A stretch of 64,000 bases of DNA from Balanoglossus misakiensis (Eukaryota > Animalia > Hemichordata). The stretch is from the NCBI GenBank assembly GCA_040954595.2, contig CM082584.2, positions 4,096,110-4,160,109 of the forward strand, in the 5' to 3' direction. Under the pieces are notes generated by a model. The model was not told the origin of the DNA. It saw only the letters and a program-made list of their open reading frames with translations, and searched no databases. A program made the position numbers and the translations under genes. Positions 36,701 through 51,172 of this stretch are shown here, in pieces. How positions within the stretch are numbered: position 1 is the first letter of the stretch; every line of letters begins with the position of its first letter.

Positions 36701-39700
36701 TGAAACCTGGAATATCTGTTAGAGTTAAAAAAATCGCTCCTGGAGAATTCTATCTATCGTGATGCCATAAACTGGAAAATGTTTTAACCTGAAGCAATGA
36801 CTGGCCTTTTTAATCTGTTGATCTAACAGGGAATATATCAATGACATATGACTTGTTATAACATTACTTACCAGTAGCTTTGTTACAGTTGGGGAGAAAT
36901 AATGAAAAGCTGAGAAATTTATATGGCTTGCCTGAGTGGTCACATGTTTGTAACATGTTTAAGTTCAAGCAACCTTTTGATAGTTCTATAAATTTTTGTT
37001 TGGTTTTTGGCCAATCTTACAGCAATGGAGTTCTGTTCTACCTTATATTATTGCAAATAGCCATAATAAACACCCTACTTTTCTCCATATGTGGGATTTT
37101 TTTTTAAATTATTAATACAATACTTTGAGTCTAGATTACATTATTATATTTTTATGAATCTATTTTATTTTAAATTGTTTATTTTGTATATTATGTCAAA
37201 TTGATTCACTTTATTTTATGAATTATTTTTGCTTGATTTACATTGTGGTTGTTTTATTTATTGTTTTGTTTTGTTTTGTATTTGTTTTGTTTTTGTTTTG
37301 TTTTTGTTCTTAACTGCCACGCAAAGAGTTGCCTGAGGGGGGATGATAAAGAATAATGTTATTGGTGTTTGGTGTACACTTCAATCTTCAGAATTGGATG
37401 CAATACTGGGAGATACTCAATGTGAAATAACAGGTAATATTATTTTACTTGAAAAATTCTCATGCATTTTACTGCTGTTATATCCTTATTAACAATAGTA
37501 TAATGAAAAAAATGGATTCAGATTATGATCAAAGCTTGGTTCTCCATGGTTTTTTTTCAAAAATATCAAATAAATAAACAAACAAACAAACAAACAATTA
37601 TTTGTTTGTTTATTATGCCAATCAATAATAACAAACAAACACAGGAGCGCCCCCTGTGCTGAAACATGAACACAGATAGTATCTTGATAATCAAGATACC
37701 TAGTCTGATTTGTATTTAATTGAATTGAATTGTATTGTATTGTATTGTATTGTATTGTATTGTATTGTATTGTATGGTATTGTATTGTATTGTACATGTA
37801 TTTTGTTGCAGACCATGAGACAACTATCATGCATAGACTTCAAAATACTATCTTAGAGCACAGCAAAGTCTTAAATGCAGTTCTGGAATATGCTGCTGAA
37901 CTGGATTGGTAAGATGATAACAAAAACATATTTTCAAACTTGTACTTGTGAATTCTATGGGATTCGTCACAAAATATGTGCATTGTACAGATGGTAATTT
38001 TGAGCTATAAAGTGGCTATTTGTAGTGTAGTAATAAAAGCCTTCTTGCAATATTTGTAAACTAATCATGAGTAAACTATATTAGTATGTACATGAACATG
38101 TATTGTTTTGTTAACAATTAAGTACACCGGTAGTCAGGAGAAATTGACAGGTATATAGAATACTGTAAAACACTTTATTTTCGCGAGTTGAAATTTTCGC
38201 GATATCGACAGAAGCCACTGTTTCACGAGTATTAATTTTCGCGTTCTCTTATTTCATTCACTGCATCATTATCTTAAAAATAAATTTGCGCGACTTTTTA
38301 TTTTCACGCTTTTTTGGTTGTCGCGTATTTTGCGAAAATTTTTTGCTCGCGAAAATAACATGTTTTACAGTATTAAAGCCAACATGCATTTGTGTTTCTT
38401 TTCAGTCTAATATCACTGGCTGTATGCGCAAAGGAATATAACTACACACAACCAGTATTAACACAAAACAATGTAATACACATCAGAGGTGGCAGACATC
38501 CACTACAAGAACTTTGTGTCAGTCCATTTGTACCAAACGATACTCTATCTGGTGACAAAGGCAGCAAAATTAAATTTCTGACTGGTCCAAATTCAAGTGG
38601 TAAAAGTGTCTACATAAAGCAGGTAATGTACAACTCTCCCTACCTTAAATAGGTTTTAAGCTACCTTAGTGAGTGCTGAAAATCTCATATGGTCGACACA
38701 ATTTCAAGATGGCCGATTTTTGCCATGTTTAAGATGTCACAAGCTTGATGATGGGTCATTCTGAAACTTTTTAACAGAAAAAATAACAAAATGTGAAAAA
38801 AGTTTAATGAGTTTAAAATGCTAACTACAAAGACGGACATGTTTGACCAAAGGAAGTCATGAAATACAGTAAATATATCATTTCTTCTATCTCTTACTAC
38901 AGTGGGTTGTCGACTTTTCGCCCAGAATGCAATGTGATTTGACCCCCTAGCGCAAAGTGAAAACATATTTAAGGCAGCCAGAATTGGGTGTATAATGATA
39001 TCTGTCAGAAAAAAATTGAGAAGCCCTGTGCTCCGCACCTAATCTGATTAAAAATTAGATGTAGAGTTAGATGTTGTGTTTACTTTTGCTGATTCTTGGA
39101 TGTTCTGTTTGGAAGGAGCCAAGACAGAGAACAGAACAGCCAAAGCCGAGAGAACAGAAAAGCCAAAACTATCGTACCAGCGCCTAAATCTGCATCTGAT
39201 TTTAATCAGATTGCTCCTTACCATGACACTGTCTATTAAGGTTTAATCTTTAGGAACAGAAAAATAAATAGAGAAGTAGAGAGGTAACATATTCAACTGA
39301 AATCATGCCTTGCGTTTTGGAAAATGTCCTGAAATAGAGAGGTGTCTGTAATGAAAGGTTTCACTGTATCACAGGTGAAGTATAGGCGTCCATCACGATA
39401 AAAAATAGACGGAGAAACAAACAAAACAAGCAAAAAAAAAAAAACTCATGATAAACAAAAAATAAAGAAACAACAACCACAGTCATGATAAACAACATGG
39501 TGTCTTGAATTGAGCTGCCCACTCGCGCGATCAAGCAGCTGACACAAGCAGTGGCTTGTGTCAAAGGTCCCATCCGTATTCTAGTAAATTGCTATATTTT
39601 AATATGGAAGCAGATCCTTTTTATTTTTTATCAACCCCCCCCCCCCCCCTGTATATGTTGTTAACAGATCTTGGTGTTGGTATTAAACCTGTGTTGTGAG

Positions 39701-42559
39701 GGCTACTATGAAATTTTGCACGTCTGAACTTTTCATGCCATTTAACATAACCTACATTTTGACAGGTTGGTCTGATTGTATTTCTGGCTCATATTGGGAG
39801 TTTTGTACCAGCCGAGTCTGCCCACATTTGTATGCTGGATAGAATCTTTACCAGGATTCATTCCAGGGAATCTGTCACCACTGGCCTCTCCACATTCCTT
39901 CTTGATCTCAATCAGGTGAGAATGTTACAAGATATTAGGTTTTTAAAGGGTGTGACGATCGTCTTTTGCGCATGTGCCAAACCAGAGACTCTATGGTTAC
40001 AAAAATTGTATACAGTCAATACAACAGGCAAGATGGCGGCGACCATAGTCTGCGTCGGAGACCAGGAAAAGACAGAAAAGTGGGTGAAAAGAAGGGACAA
40101 AACTAAAGTCTACTTATATGATATGCATGAAATATAGAAGGAAGCGAATGTAGTCCACTATTTGAATGCTTCGAATGCAAAATTTGCAGAAGATTTGGTT
40201 TGGACATAATGTTTGTACACACGACATTACGCACATGTACATAAAGTTGATCGACAGCCTTAAACAGCTCATGTGTATTTCTACTCATGTATTATATCAT
40301 AATTGGATTCATCAGCCAACAGATGAAAAAGCTCAGTTGTAGAATATACACACCCACCATTCCTGGATAATATACAATAAAGAAGCTTGAGAAAGTAAAT
40401 TATAAAATCTTTGAAACAATGAAATTTTACACCAAAATATAGAAATTCAGTTGAACAATATCTGAAAAAATTGTTTCTGTAGGATGTGCACGATAATAGT
40501 AAAGATTTATAACAAACTTTGTCTATAGTAAAACGGGTTATTTTTGCGTCAGGAAATTTTCGCTCTATCAAAAGAGGTAACTGGTTACATGAGTATTAAT
40601 TTTTGTTCTCACTAACTGCATCGTTGTCTCTGAAAAATATTTTACACTACTTTTTATCTTCACATTTTTTTGGCTCGCATATTTCGCGAAATTTATTATT
40701 CGCGAAAATAACCAGTTTTACAGTATTTGTTTATAAATTTAATTATGTTACATCCATTGCTGCTGTTGCTGGTTTCAAATACATATATAATATTTCTTTA
40801 TAGATTTGTGTGGCATTAAAGTATGCAGGTCAGCGTTCAGTGGTGTTGCTGGATGAATTTGGAAAGGGTACACAGACAATGGATGGAATAGCCTTACTAT
40901 GTGGCTGTTTACAGCATTGGATAAACCAGGCCAAGAATTGTCCTCATGTCTTGGTATCTTCTCATTTCAATACCATTGTACATCAACATCTGCTGTCAAG
41001 GTCATCCATCATTCAATTTCAGGTCAGTCAATCTTTGCATCTCCTGTTTTAGTGTCGCTATATTCAAACTGGGATGTTCACATGAAACAAAATTAGAAGA
41101 CATCAACTTGAAAGGAAGACTGTCATATTTCTGATCATCTTTCCAAAGGCACATCCTACCTTAATTGTTTTATTCCTCTCTGATAGATGATGGAAGTTTT
41201 GGAAGACAAGGATGAATTGGTGTCCCTCTATCAATTAATTGATGGCCATAATAGCAGCAGTTATGCCCACCATGTTGCCAAAGTTGCTGGATTACCGACC
41301 AAGATACTGGTCAGAGCTCAAGAGGTCATTTTCAATTATTCTTTATTTCATGCAGTAATCTTTATCCCTTTCATCCCCAGTATTCACTATAGAGGTCTTA
41401 CTCATACCATAGAAAAGAAGGGTAAAATTGCAGTTTCTGAGTCTGCATAGGCAAACCATGGTATGTTTGTGTGAATAGGAACATCCCTACTTTAAAGCCC
41501 CCATAGCTGTCAAATTTCACATATTTTTTCCACACAAAAAACATCAAATATATTGCGTATCCTCTAAAATCTTCACCATTAAGCCGTATAACTTGCATTT
41601 GCATCAGGTTGTCATCTCTTGGCGACACATACCACGATAGCTGTGTACTGTTTCTATGGAGGCTGAATAAATGGGTGTGGCACCTGTTTAATATATAGGC
41701 ATGTATACCTATCAGTAAGCTTATTTAGACGGACCAATTTTAAGTTGGAAAATACAATCATGAAAATAATGCAAAAAGTGTCAGCTCTAGAGGCTTTAAA
41801 AATATCCTTTGGTGGCACAAGACTACAGATAACATGATTGAAAGGCACTGTCTTGCAGTTGTAAAAATGAGTAGCCGTGCAATCAACTAATCTCAATTTA
41901 ATAAATACTGCTTTGTGCACATTCTAAGATTACACACACAACATGAGTGATTTCAAGGAATGATTTTGTATACGAAAAATTAAGATATTTTTCAAAGGTA
42001 CAGGACTGATGGTGATGCATTTTTTTTTATTTGTCAAGAACAAATGTCATGACAACAAGTTTGTTAGAAGGCACACTGACTGATGCGGTGTGCTCATTTG
42101 AAGAGTTTGGACAGATACAGACTTACTGTAAAATGGGTTATTTTCGCGACAGGAAATTTTCAAAGGAGGCAACTGTTACGCAAGAATTAAATTTTCGCGT
42201 TCTCTTATTTTTACTGGATAGTTATCTCCGAAAAACGTTTTATGTGACCTTTTATTTTCACATTTTTTTGGCTCTCGCGTATTTCGCGTAAATTTTTTTC
42301 TCGCGAAAATAACCCGTTTTACAGTATTCAGCCTCAGCTTGCTACAGTGATTCATTAACATGTATCTATCCTTTGGTGATTACAGGTGTGGTCGTTGCTT
42401 CAACAGAAGAAAGCAATACACATTCCGCATGTATCCAATGATGACAAGAAGAAGAGCTATGAAGCAGTTGTTCGACAATTTCTGAATTTGAATTTTGAGA
42501 AGGATAATCTTCAATCGTTTCTTGGTCAATTGATTACCATTGTTTCTCAGAAAACATGA
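30785..42559 (+). CDS. MSH5: MutS homolog 5, 3' portion (coding exons 8-22): 30785-30830, 31668-31806, 32245-32307, 32683-32754, 33563-33619, 35374-35446, 35963-36153, 36584-36629, 37392-37433, 37812-37908, 38406-38622, 39766-39915, 40804-41022, 41187-41324, 42386-42559
   Basis: Spliced translation is open and collinear with MSH5 as I recall it: [48 protein letters not shown], Walker [37 protein letters not shown], Walker [10 protein letters not shown], HtH AGLP. All junctions are GT-AG with matching phases. Confidence 0.92.
31291..31383. mobile_element. Short piggyBac-like MITE (TTAA TSD, CCCTTTCACC termini)
   Basis: TTAA-CCCTTTCACC...GGTGAAAGGG-TTAA. Confidence 0.6.
33681..34672. mobile_element. 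Non-autonomous DNA transposon with 4-bp TSD GATT
   Basis: TIR CAGGCAGGGCAAAGGGGGGGTAATT / AATTACCCCCCCTTTGCCTTGCCTG, with GATT on both sides. Confidence 0.8.
34684..34987. mobile_element. MITE with GGCC termini and TAA TSD (Zator/Harbinger-like hallmarks)
   Basis: GGCCAAAATAAAAATATGTGCTGTTCCGATTAC ... GTAATCGGAACAGCACATGTTATTTTGGGGGGCC flanked by TAA. Confidence 0.7.
35485..35823. mobile_element. Foldback MITE with TTAA TSD (Kolobok-like termini)
   Basis: TTAA-AGGGACAAAGTCTCTCT ... AGAGAGACTTTGACTCT-TTAA, with long near-perfect internal inverted arms (~35530-35625 vs ~35683-35780). Confidence 0.8.
36318..36504. mobile_element. TTAA-flanked Kolobok-like MITE
   Basis: TTAA-GGCATACGGTCACCT ... 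AGGTGACTGTATACCT-TTAA. Confidence 0.6.
37729..37795 (+). repeat. (TTGTA)n microsatellite
   Basis: Direct reading; it explains the spurious YCIVL / IQYNT ORFs. Confidence 0.95.
38161..38372. mobile_element. TA-flanked Tc1/mariner-type MITE family; further copies at ~40524-40724 and ~42124-42326
   Basis: TA-CTGTAAAA...TTATTTTCGCG / CGCGAAAATAA...TTTTACAG-TA termini in three MSH5 introns. Confidence 0.75.
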
Positions 42560-45500
42560 ATTTTGATATAAAGTTTTGCCCGAGGAAAGATCCTTATCTC
42601 CACATCTGTGCTCATAAACGATGCATTTTACCATCAATATTTTAGTGTGATAAAATCAAAATATATATGTACCTGGAAAATCTAAGTATATATAATGCAT
42701 GAGTTCATCAATGTAAACGAATGCATCCATTGTGAATCATGCAGATGCATTTTGTTCATTGTTTAACAGGAGTTTGGTATTTAAAAATGTTGCTTGTAAA
42801 ATATACCACTCTCTGTGTAGTGTTTTCATGAGTACTGGCATAAAATACATAGAAACTGTCGAAGTACACATTAAAAAAATACTGTTTTAACCACTGTTTG
42901 TGGGTTCTATATGCATGATACAAGGTCCATCACACGAATACCACACTTCAATTCACCAGAATTGTAATACTTGTAAGTGTATTGCACTCCTTTTTATGCA
43001 AAACTCCAATAGACCTTTAAAGCCCCAATATTTCTCGTGTGTATCCATTTTTCATCATCGAAAAATGCCCGTTTTCCTGTACATTCATCATGGAATACTA
43101 CATAATGAAGATAGAAGAAAGGTTTGGGCAACTGTAGCTACGTGCAAGCTGTAAATATTGCCCGTAACACTTGAAATGATGCGCGGGTTTGTTTACAACG
43201 GAAATGGTGTACATGTCGATCAGCAAACGTGCCACTTTGACATTTGATGGTCAGACCATTTTCGGATTTGATCTGGTTCCATCGACTGACTTCTCCCATA
43301 AAGTTATCTTCCCAAAATTTCGCCGAATTAGTGCGCATTTCTTCGCTGAGTCGCTTGATTTGGGGCGACCAAACCTCTTCCGCATAGATTCACATTTGAG
43401 TGCGCATGCGCACTAGTCACGTGTGTCAACAGAGCCTGACTTTCTGTCCGGACAGAAAGTCATTCTTCACTCGTTATATTGTAAATTGTATGAGTTAATG
43501 AGCAGAGCTGGGGATGATGACTGTTCGATTCAGTATCAATTATCATCTACTTTTAGAAATTATAGATGCCGTTTCAAACAAAATTTTGCCCCTACGAGAA
43601 ATACTGAGGCTTTAATGTATTGGTGACGGAAGTCTCCCCAACCTTTGAGAACATGTCATTTACAGACTCCCGAAAGAGACAATGAGAGGCTCCTTTTGAT
43701 TGTTTCTTGATTCCATTTTATTCCCATGTCAGTTTTCAATTATAATATCCTCCGGCCTTCATTGCAAAATGTGTTGAAGGAGAAAGCCAGTCTCAATTTT
43801 TCTGATTATCTGTTGAATTCAGGTTGATATTTAATTTCTATACAAATAGATGACAAAAGTTTGCTATGTGGATAAGCTTTTGCAGTGTTTTTACTAAGGT
43901 TGGGAAACATTGGTTTTATACCCAGGGGAAATTACGGTATAAGTAGACTCGAAAGGTTGGTCACTGCAACTCACAGATGATCACGAGAGAGAGAGAGAGG
44001 GGTGGGGGGGTGGAGAGTGCCCTCAAAACGACATGTCTCTCAGTCAGACCAACCAACCAACCAAGCAAGGATTGTTGCTTCAATCAAGTACCATATGAAA
44101 CAGGTGTGTCGAACTGTCTAAGGAATTTTACTCCAACAAGACTTCTTTCAAGTAGTCTTCACAAATGTCAAACAGGGCTTGGTTGAGATTTGAATCAACC
44201 AACTTTGATTATATCCATCCTTTTTTAATGCTATGTTGTGCATTGATTTGGATAAGTTGTAAGAACTTTGAAAATGTTTAAATGTTCTTTCATATATTGC
44301 TGATTTCAGTGACTGACATTTTGCAGTCATGGAGTTTTATATGTGTTTTTATGTTGAAAAAAACACTCAAAGAGTTTATGACAAAATAAAATGATACAGT
44401 TAATTACAGGTGTTTTGCTCATGTATGTGTGTATGTGATGAGGACAATTCAATGGTCATTAGAATGAAAAAAACAACAACAGAATGACGTTATATGCATG
44501 CATGTAAAAACTTGAATGGTAAGGGATCAGCAATTGTTTTGGGGGGGTCACTTAAATTTTGAAATCCAAAAGGGGGGGGGGCGTCTTTGTTTTTGTTTTT
44601 TTTGAAATGTTTAGGGGGGTCACATACTTTTGCCACCGAACTTTTGCTTGGACACCACCTCCCACACCCACCCCCTTCATTCTTTGCCACATCTAGTGTA
44701 CCAGGACAGAGTTCTTGCCACCCCACCCCACCGATGCTTACTTTGAGTGGAGTGGCAAAAGTAAAATTTGTCCTCCAAGCATTTAGTTAATTTGCTTTTG
44801 AGTTCATTAAAATGCAACTTCGAGCTCCATATTTTACAAAATTTTCTTTCCCATCCCCTTCATTCTTCACATCTACCCAGGGCGGAGTACTTGCCACCCC
44901 CACCCCCACCCATCCATGCAAACTTTGAGTGGCTAAAGTAAAATTAAATTAAAGTTCACCTTATATATATATATCAATAATAGCGAAACCAGAAAGCTTC
45001 TGTTGAAAATTTTATCGTAAAAACGTACAGTCCCTATGAAAATATAGCACCATTTGATTATACTCCCCATTCCTTGAATAGGCTAATCCACATTACGTCA
45101 GCTTAAATTATACTAAATTTAGAAAGAACGAGAACTCCCTCATACGTCATTGTAAATTTGCAGACCAATTGTTCAATTCGGGGTAAATGACCTTTGATTT
45201 CTTTGAACAGCTACGTCAAATCTTCCATTTACAGCAAGGATTTGGTAATCGCGGCCACTGGGTCCAAAGTTTAGGCAGTTAACACCATCTTTGGCATGTA
45301 GTTGTTTGCTTTCACGAAAGGTGAGTTTAGGTAGGCGCGGAACGGGACGTTTTGTATTATACTCCATAGGAAATGCGATAGTGACAGGCATCGGCCATTG
45401 TGACCTCCATGGTTCTTGATCAAAGCAGAAGAATTTTGGATCGCGCGAAGGCTGTTTTGCTAATTGCTAACCATTGATGACTCAAGTCTTCAATGTTCTA

Positions 45501-45811
45501 GAGATTGTAGTCGAGCTAAAAAAAGAAGAAGATCCGCTTGAGCGGACGATGGTCTTGTCCCCAAAACAACAACTCTCCCAGGCTCCCGATTCGTATTCGC
45601 ATGCATTGAGGTTCCTTCTGTAGTCAGTAGCTCTGCGTGGCATGGGATGTGTGTCTTCCGGCGATGCTTCGAAACATCTCCGCGCCGTTTAGACAAACAG
45701 CCCCGCCAAGCAGAACTACTTCTGTGGTACCTCCATGCGTTGGGCTAGCCTCCACCACATGGAAAGCAAGATGGGTCTGTGACCTGGTACTCGATTAACA
45801 GATTAATATTC

Positions 45812-45894
<83 letters not shown>

Positions 45895-45897
45895 TTT
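45812..45897 (+). repeat. (TTTA)n microsatellite
   Basis: Direct reading. Confidence 0.95.
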
Positions 45898-46046
45898 GCT
45901 TGTTATGTATCATCATGTTTTTGCAATTTATTGCAGTTGTTTGATTATTTCAGTTTATTTTATCATTAAATTTTTTTACAATATTTTTCGATCTCGTTCA
46001 GTAGTATTTTTCTTTTTATTTTATCAGTTTATCATTCAAATAATTT

Positions 46047-47849
46047 ACATTATTATACATCTAGTGCCGAGAACAATAGATTTTGGCGTGCAATAAAAAG
46101 CCTTATTATACACCTACTGCTGTAACCTATGGAGTTCCGTAATACAATAATTCGCGGTATCACCGTCCAATAATTATTCAAATGAGGACGCGGAGTCCCA
46201 TAACCCACAGGGTTATTGGACGCATATTTGACCTTTGACCTCACAGCTGTCTGATGTAAACAATGATGATATTGCACCCTACTCTCACAAAAAATTATAT
46301 AAAAAGTACACAGTCGTTATTAAACAAAATTATTGGTGGCCCAAGATGCGAAATAAGTCAAAATCCTCGATGAAATTTCAGTTAAAGGAATGTGTGAACG
46401 AACAGGCGAGCGCGTTCATCCCTGCAGCGTAGAACGTAGCGCGCGAGACATCGGCAGCTCGACACTAGCATCACCTGATGCGCGAGGTGAAGGCGCGTTC
46501 GATATGCAAATTACATCATGGCGGCGTCTGAAAACGAGAAAGTCCGATAGCGGCCTATTTATTCTTTATCGTTCATCAAGGACGTCCGGAAAAGGTGTAT
46601 AATAATAAGGTTATTCACAAAATACCGGGATTTATGTCCTCGTACATCGTACGCTTCGGTATTGTCCTCGACGCTGCGCGTCTCGGACAATACCTGCGCT
46701 GCACGATGTACTCGGACATAAATCCCGGTATTTTGTGAATAACCTTATACTACTATACGGAACGGTACGTACGGAACGCGCGTTAAATAAGTTTTAGGTT
46801 TCAAGGCGCCCCAACTCACCGTGTACAGGTATGCGTTGTTATGCGGACGGTTTCAAGATACCCCACTCCAACGCACGCGCACGTATGTAAACAAAAAAGA
46901 AAGATGGCTGCTCACTGAGCGGTTTTCGATCGATTGTATCGGCATTTTGGGCGTTTTGAAAGCCAAGTAACATGCAAAACAAGAACTATCGGAGATGTAA
47001 GATGTATAATAATAATGTTATTATGAAAATACCGCAAAGTATGCACTCGGACATTAGCGCCGGGCATCGCCCTCCGCTACGCGTCGGGCGATACTTGGCG
47101 CTAATGTCCTCATGCATACTTTGCGGTATTTTCGTAATAACCTCATATGATTTATTTTATTATTTCTATGACTTCATTAAAGTTGACTTTTTACAAATTT
47201 AACTTCTTTTTGCATGAGTATCAGGCAAATTATTCTCTCAATTTGTCATTTCATCCGTTCAGTCATTATTTTTCGTTTCATTTCAGTTTTTCATTCAAAT
47301 AATTTGCATGATTTATGTCATTGTTTCACTAAAGTTGATTTTTTAAGCATCTAATTTCTGTATATCCTTACAATATGAAATTGTGTGTACTCAAATTACT
47401 ATGAGGTTATTACGAAAATACCGCAAAGTATGCATGAGGACATTAGCGCCAAGTATCGCCCGACGCGTAGCGGAGGGCGATGCGCTGCGCTAATGTCCGA
47501 GTGCATACTTTGCGGTATTTTCGTAATAACCTTATTATTATACATCTTACATCTCCGTTAGTTCTTGTGTTGCATGTTACTTGGCTTTCAAAATGCCGAT
47601 ACAATCGATCGAAAACCGCTCAGTTGACTCAGTGAGCAGCCATCTTTCTTTTTTGTTTACTTGTGCGCACGTGCGTTGGAGTGGGGGCGCCTTGAAACCG
47701 TCCGCATAACAACGCATACCTGTACACGGTGAGTTGGGGCGCCTTGAAACCTAAAACTTATTTAACGCGCGTTCCGTACGTACCGTTCCGTACGGCTTTT
47801 TATTGCACGCCAAAATCTATTGTTCTCGGCACTAGATGTATAATAATGT
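46047..47849. repeat. Nested inverted-repeat (foldback) structure
   Basis: Outer arms 46047-46102 / 47794-47849. Inner arms 46756-47147 / 47400-47792. Self-complementary hairpins at ~46606-46748, ~47014-47142 and ~47404-47535. Confidence 0.9.
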
Positions 47850-50800
47850 CAGTTACACCAATTACCATGTCTAAAATTCTTACAAATGGCATTGACTACC
47901 CCCCCACCCCCCCCCCACCCCCCCGGGTATATGCAACACCTAACTATAAACAAAAGAGAACAAAAGCCCCATTTTTTTTTATAATCCAAGTTTAAGCAGT
48001 AAGTCATTTAACCCGGCGGCATCAAAAAAATAAAGCCACACCACACTTCCTACAGTCCTTTTTTCGGCAGTGGAGGTACAAAGTGCACACAAACGACTGT
48101 ACCTTAGAAGTCTAGGATGTTCTTATGCAGGGAGAAACTCTTATGTCCAGTGTCCAGTACAGAACAAATGAATGATCAAACTCGCATCTCTATAGGAGTA
48201 CCTTTGTATATTTATCACACGTGTATACAACATTTTTTTATGGTATGCCTCATATTTGTTTAAAAAAATAGCTCATAAAACTTAACTTTGTGAGGTTTAC
48301 TGGGAAAACTAGTTCAAAGATATCCGTAGTGCTGGCCAAATATTTGTGTTCCTACCAGAAAATTACATTATATGAAATCCAGGTGGCATTGTCAAGTCTT
48401 AGGAAAAAGTGCTTAGGAAGGCCATTGTACTGGGGGCGGTATAGACTCTCTCACAGCCCCTCTCGCTGTTCATGCAGGCTTATAGTCTGCTTGCATGTGT
48501 CGCTACACAACACCATATGGGGCTTCTCCTTTGCTAAACGGTTGAGGGCGCAATCAGTGAAGAGCCTTGTAGTGAAATGTGGGCTGTGAGAGAGTCTTGT
48601 ACTGGTAGTGCTTATAATGTAGGTACATGTATATTGTTAATGGACATTTTCACTCAAAAAGTCAAGAACATGAAAGAAAGATATTTTATTCCAGCAAAAA
48701 CACTGATTGGTGATGATGTCATTGTCAATTATTTTAAAACAGTAAGAAAATCCTCCAGCACCTCCCCCCCCCCCCCCCGCACCTCCCATGTGGCACCCGT
48801 CATATATCAACCATTACTTCAAAATACAAAGCAGTCACACACTGAATGCAACTGTCAATGATGCCAGTATTGATCATTTGTTTACTTGTCCACTAGCTCA
48901 TGATCAACTGCCAAAAAGTGTTTGGATGTAGAAACAAGTCTTTTTAAGCAATAACCATAATAAGTTTGCAAAATCAGTACATGCTCTTGTATAGGGAATT
49001 AGCTGGAAGATGTATTAGGCTGGTGAGAATGGAATATTGATAGTAAAGTTGAAATCATCTTCAACAGTTTTTTTCTGCAACATTTTTGTATCATGTCTGC
49101 CATTTCTCTCATTTGGCTATGGTGACTTATTCACAAATATAATTTCTATCGTTTTTGTTTTTTAATACACTTCCATTTATCTATTTATGTCATTTATTGT
49201 TCTCGCTTGATTTTTCCCCTACATTTATTTCTGTTTTTCATGTTAAAGTACTGTCCTTTTCCATGTTATCTGCTATTCTTTCGAACTTTTTAGGGTTTTT
49301 CCAAAAATTAACAATATTCTACTGTCCTGTAACTTCCTCTATTTGTAAAGTCGTGTTATTTTCAAAACTATACACTGTAATTACCATGCACTAAGCTGTT
49401 TTCTCTTTTAGTGTACAAAAAGTATGGCAAATACCATTATTTTCTTAAAAACTGAAAGTGGTTGTCTGCTCATCTCACCATGTACAGCAAATTAAGATGC
49501 TGATTGGTTAAATTGGAAAATTATATTTTATACCTTGAGATTATATTTCCCAATTCCCCAAATTTCACATCCACATTTTAGTATAAGTTGCTTACTTTTG
49601 ACATCATTTTGATCGTATTAGTTTCTTTTGATAGATGATTTATGTTGTTTGCTGAAAAATGGAAAAATCACTGCTTGTTACCAGTCACGATTGCTACAAA
49701 ATTGTGACTGGGCTGCATGGTTAACTTTATATGTCTTTGGCTGCAACTGAAAAATGAATGTACCAAACATGATGACACTACAGTAAATGATATTGTAATA
49801 GCTCTTGTCTCAGGGTGTGTAAGGGGGGCATTAATAAAATTCTTTGTTTTGCCACCTGTTTGCTGTTCATTTTTTCAGAGAAAATAAAATGCAGATTATG
49901 CTGTAGAATAAAAAAACACGATATTTTCCATACCGTTGACCATCCAATGAGAAACTGGGTTTATGTACTTACCCATACATTTTTATTTCCTTGTTTATTC
50001 AATTGTTGGCTGGGTAAGATTAGGGAAAATTGCTGATGGCTATAAACAAAGGATTTTATTTAATATGTGATCTCTTTTTTTCTGAATACCCATAACATTA
50101 ACACAAAACATTTTCCATATTTAGACAATGAGTGAGCAGTTACCTGGTACGAGCAGAACTGGGTGTTTTCCAAGGACAAGAATCCACCAACCAGGCAACA
50201 ACACTGATGTGACTACTTTATCAGAGACATCAGACAATAATGTTTTACCTGATATGTCTGAAACGGATATTGAAAACAGAAGTCAACGTCAAACTTTTAA
50301 CAATGATGAGGAAGGCTCTCAGGTACTGTATTTATATTTATATTGTCCTTCTTCAAACTCAGTGGTCTGCATTGTTTGTAAGTGTGTAGTTATTCAAGCA
50401 CATGGGTGATGCAAATTAAGTTCATTATCAGGCTGCATCGGAAATAAATTTGTAAACTATTTGGTGTTTAAATTTAGATGGGTTTTAGTCTACGTAGGTA
50501 ATTTAATAACGGATTGAGTAGGTCAGGTTAGTCAAAACTAGTATTGATTTGGTAACGTTTTTCACTCTGAAAATATCTATGTGTCCCTCCAGAAACTGTG
50601 TACTGTTAAGTATAATGACATCAACACCATTTGGTAGTTTGCCCTACTGTAGAAAGTAGGGACTGTGGCTATGGCTGTTTTAGATCATTCAGTCCATTTC
50701 TGTTGAGATTACAGATTCATTATATGCAACTGTTGAGGGCGCTGTTTTCATCTGTATTTCATCTGTGCTCCCTGTTTAGATACTAGTCAAAGTACTTGGG

Positions 50801-51172
50801 GACCGTCTGTAAACGAAATTCCCGATAGTCAAAGTACCTTGATGTACATAGGCTCCTCTCTGAAACCTTAGTTTCAGGGAGGAACCAACATCTAGGTACA
50901 AGACTTGCAACCTCTTGGCCCCTTTGAATGCAGATTAACAAACAAACAAATCTGCCGCATGGACTTTTTCCTAACCTGGTGTGACATTAATGATTTATGA
51001 ATTCTGGGCTTGATCATGAAGGTGACTAAGGGGTCAAAATGAAGCAATTGCCTCATCACCTCGGGCTTATAATTCCTTGGCAAACCCCTCCCCCCCCCCC
51101 CACATTTGTCCTGTATCGCCCGAGATGGGCTCCCTTGGGGATTAGATGACATCAACTGCTGCATCAGGGGTC

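Noticed and set aside
45173-45760. GC-richer stretch with short - strand ORFs as a possible exon
   Set aside because: No recognisable motif or convincing splice pair; cannot be supported without a search.
45779-46096. Hydrophobic ORF with (YLFI)n suggesting a membrane protein
   Set aside because: Translation of a (TTTA)n microsatellite.
46597-47540. CRISPR-like array or structured ncRNA
   Set aside because: Eukaryotic context with no repeat-spacer periodicity; the hairpins are better explained as palindromic mobile elements.
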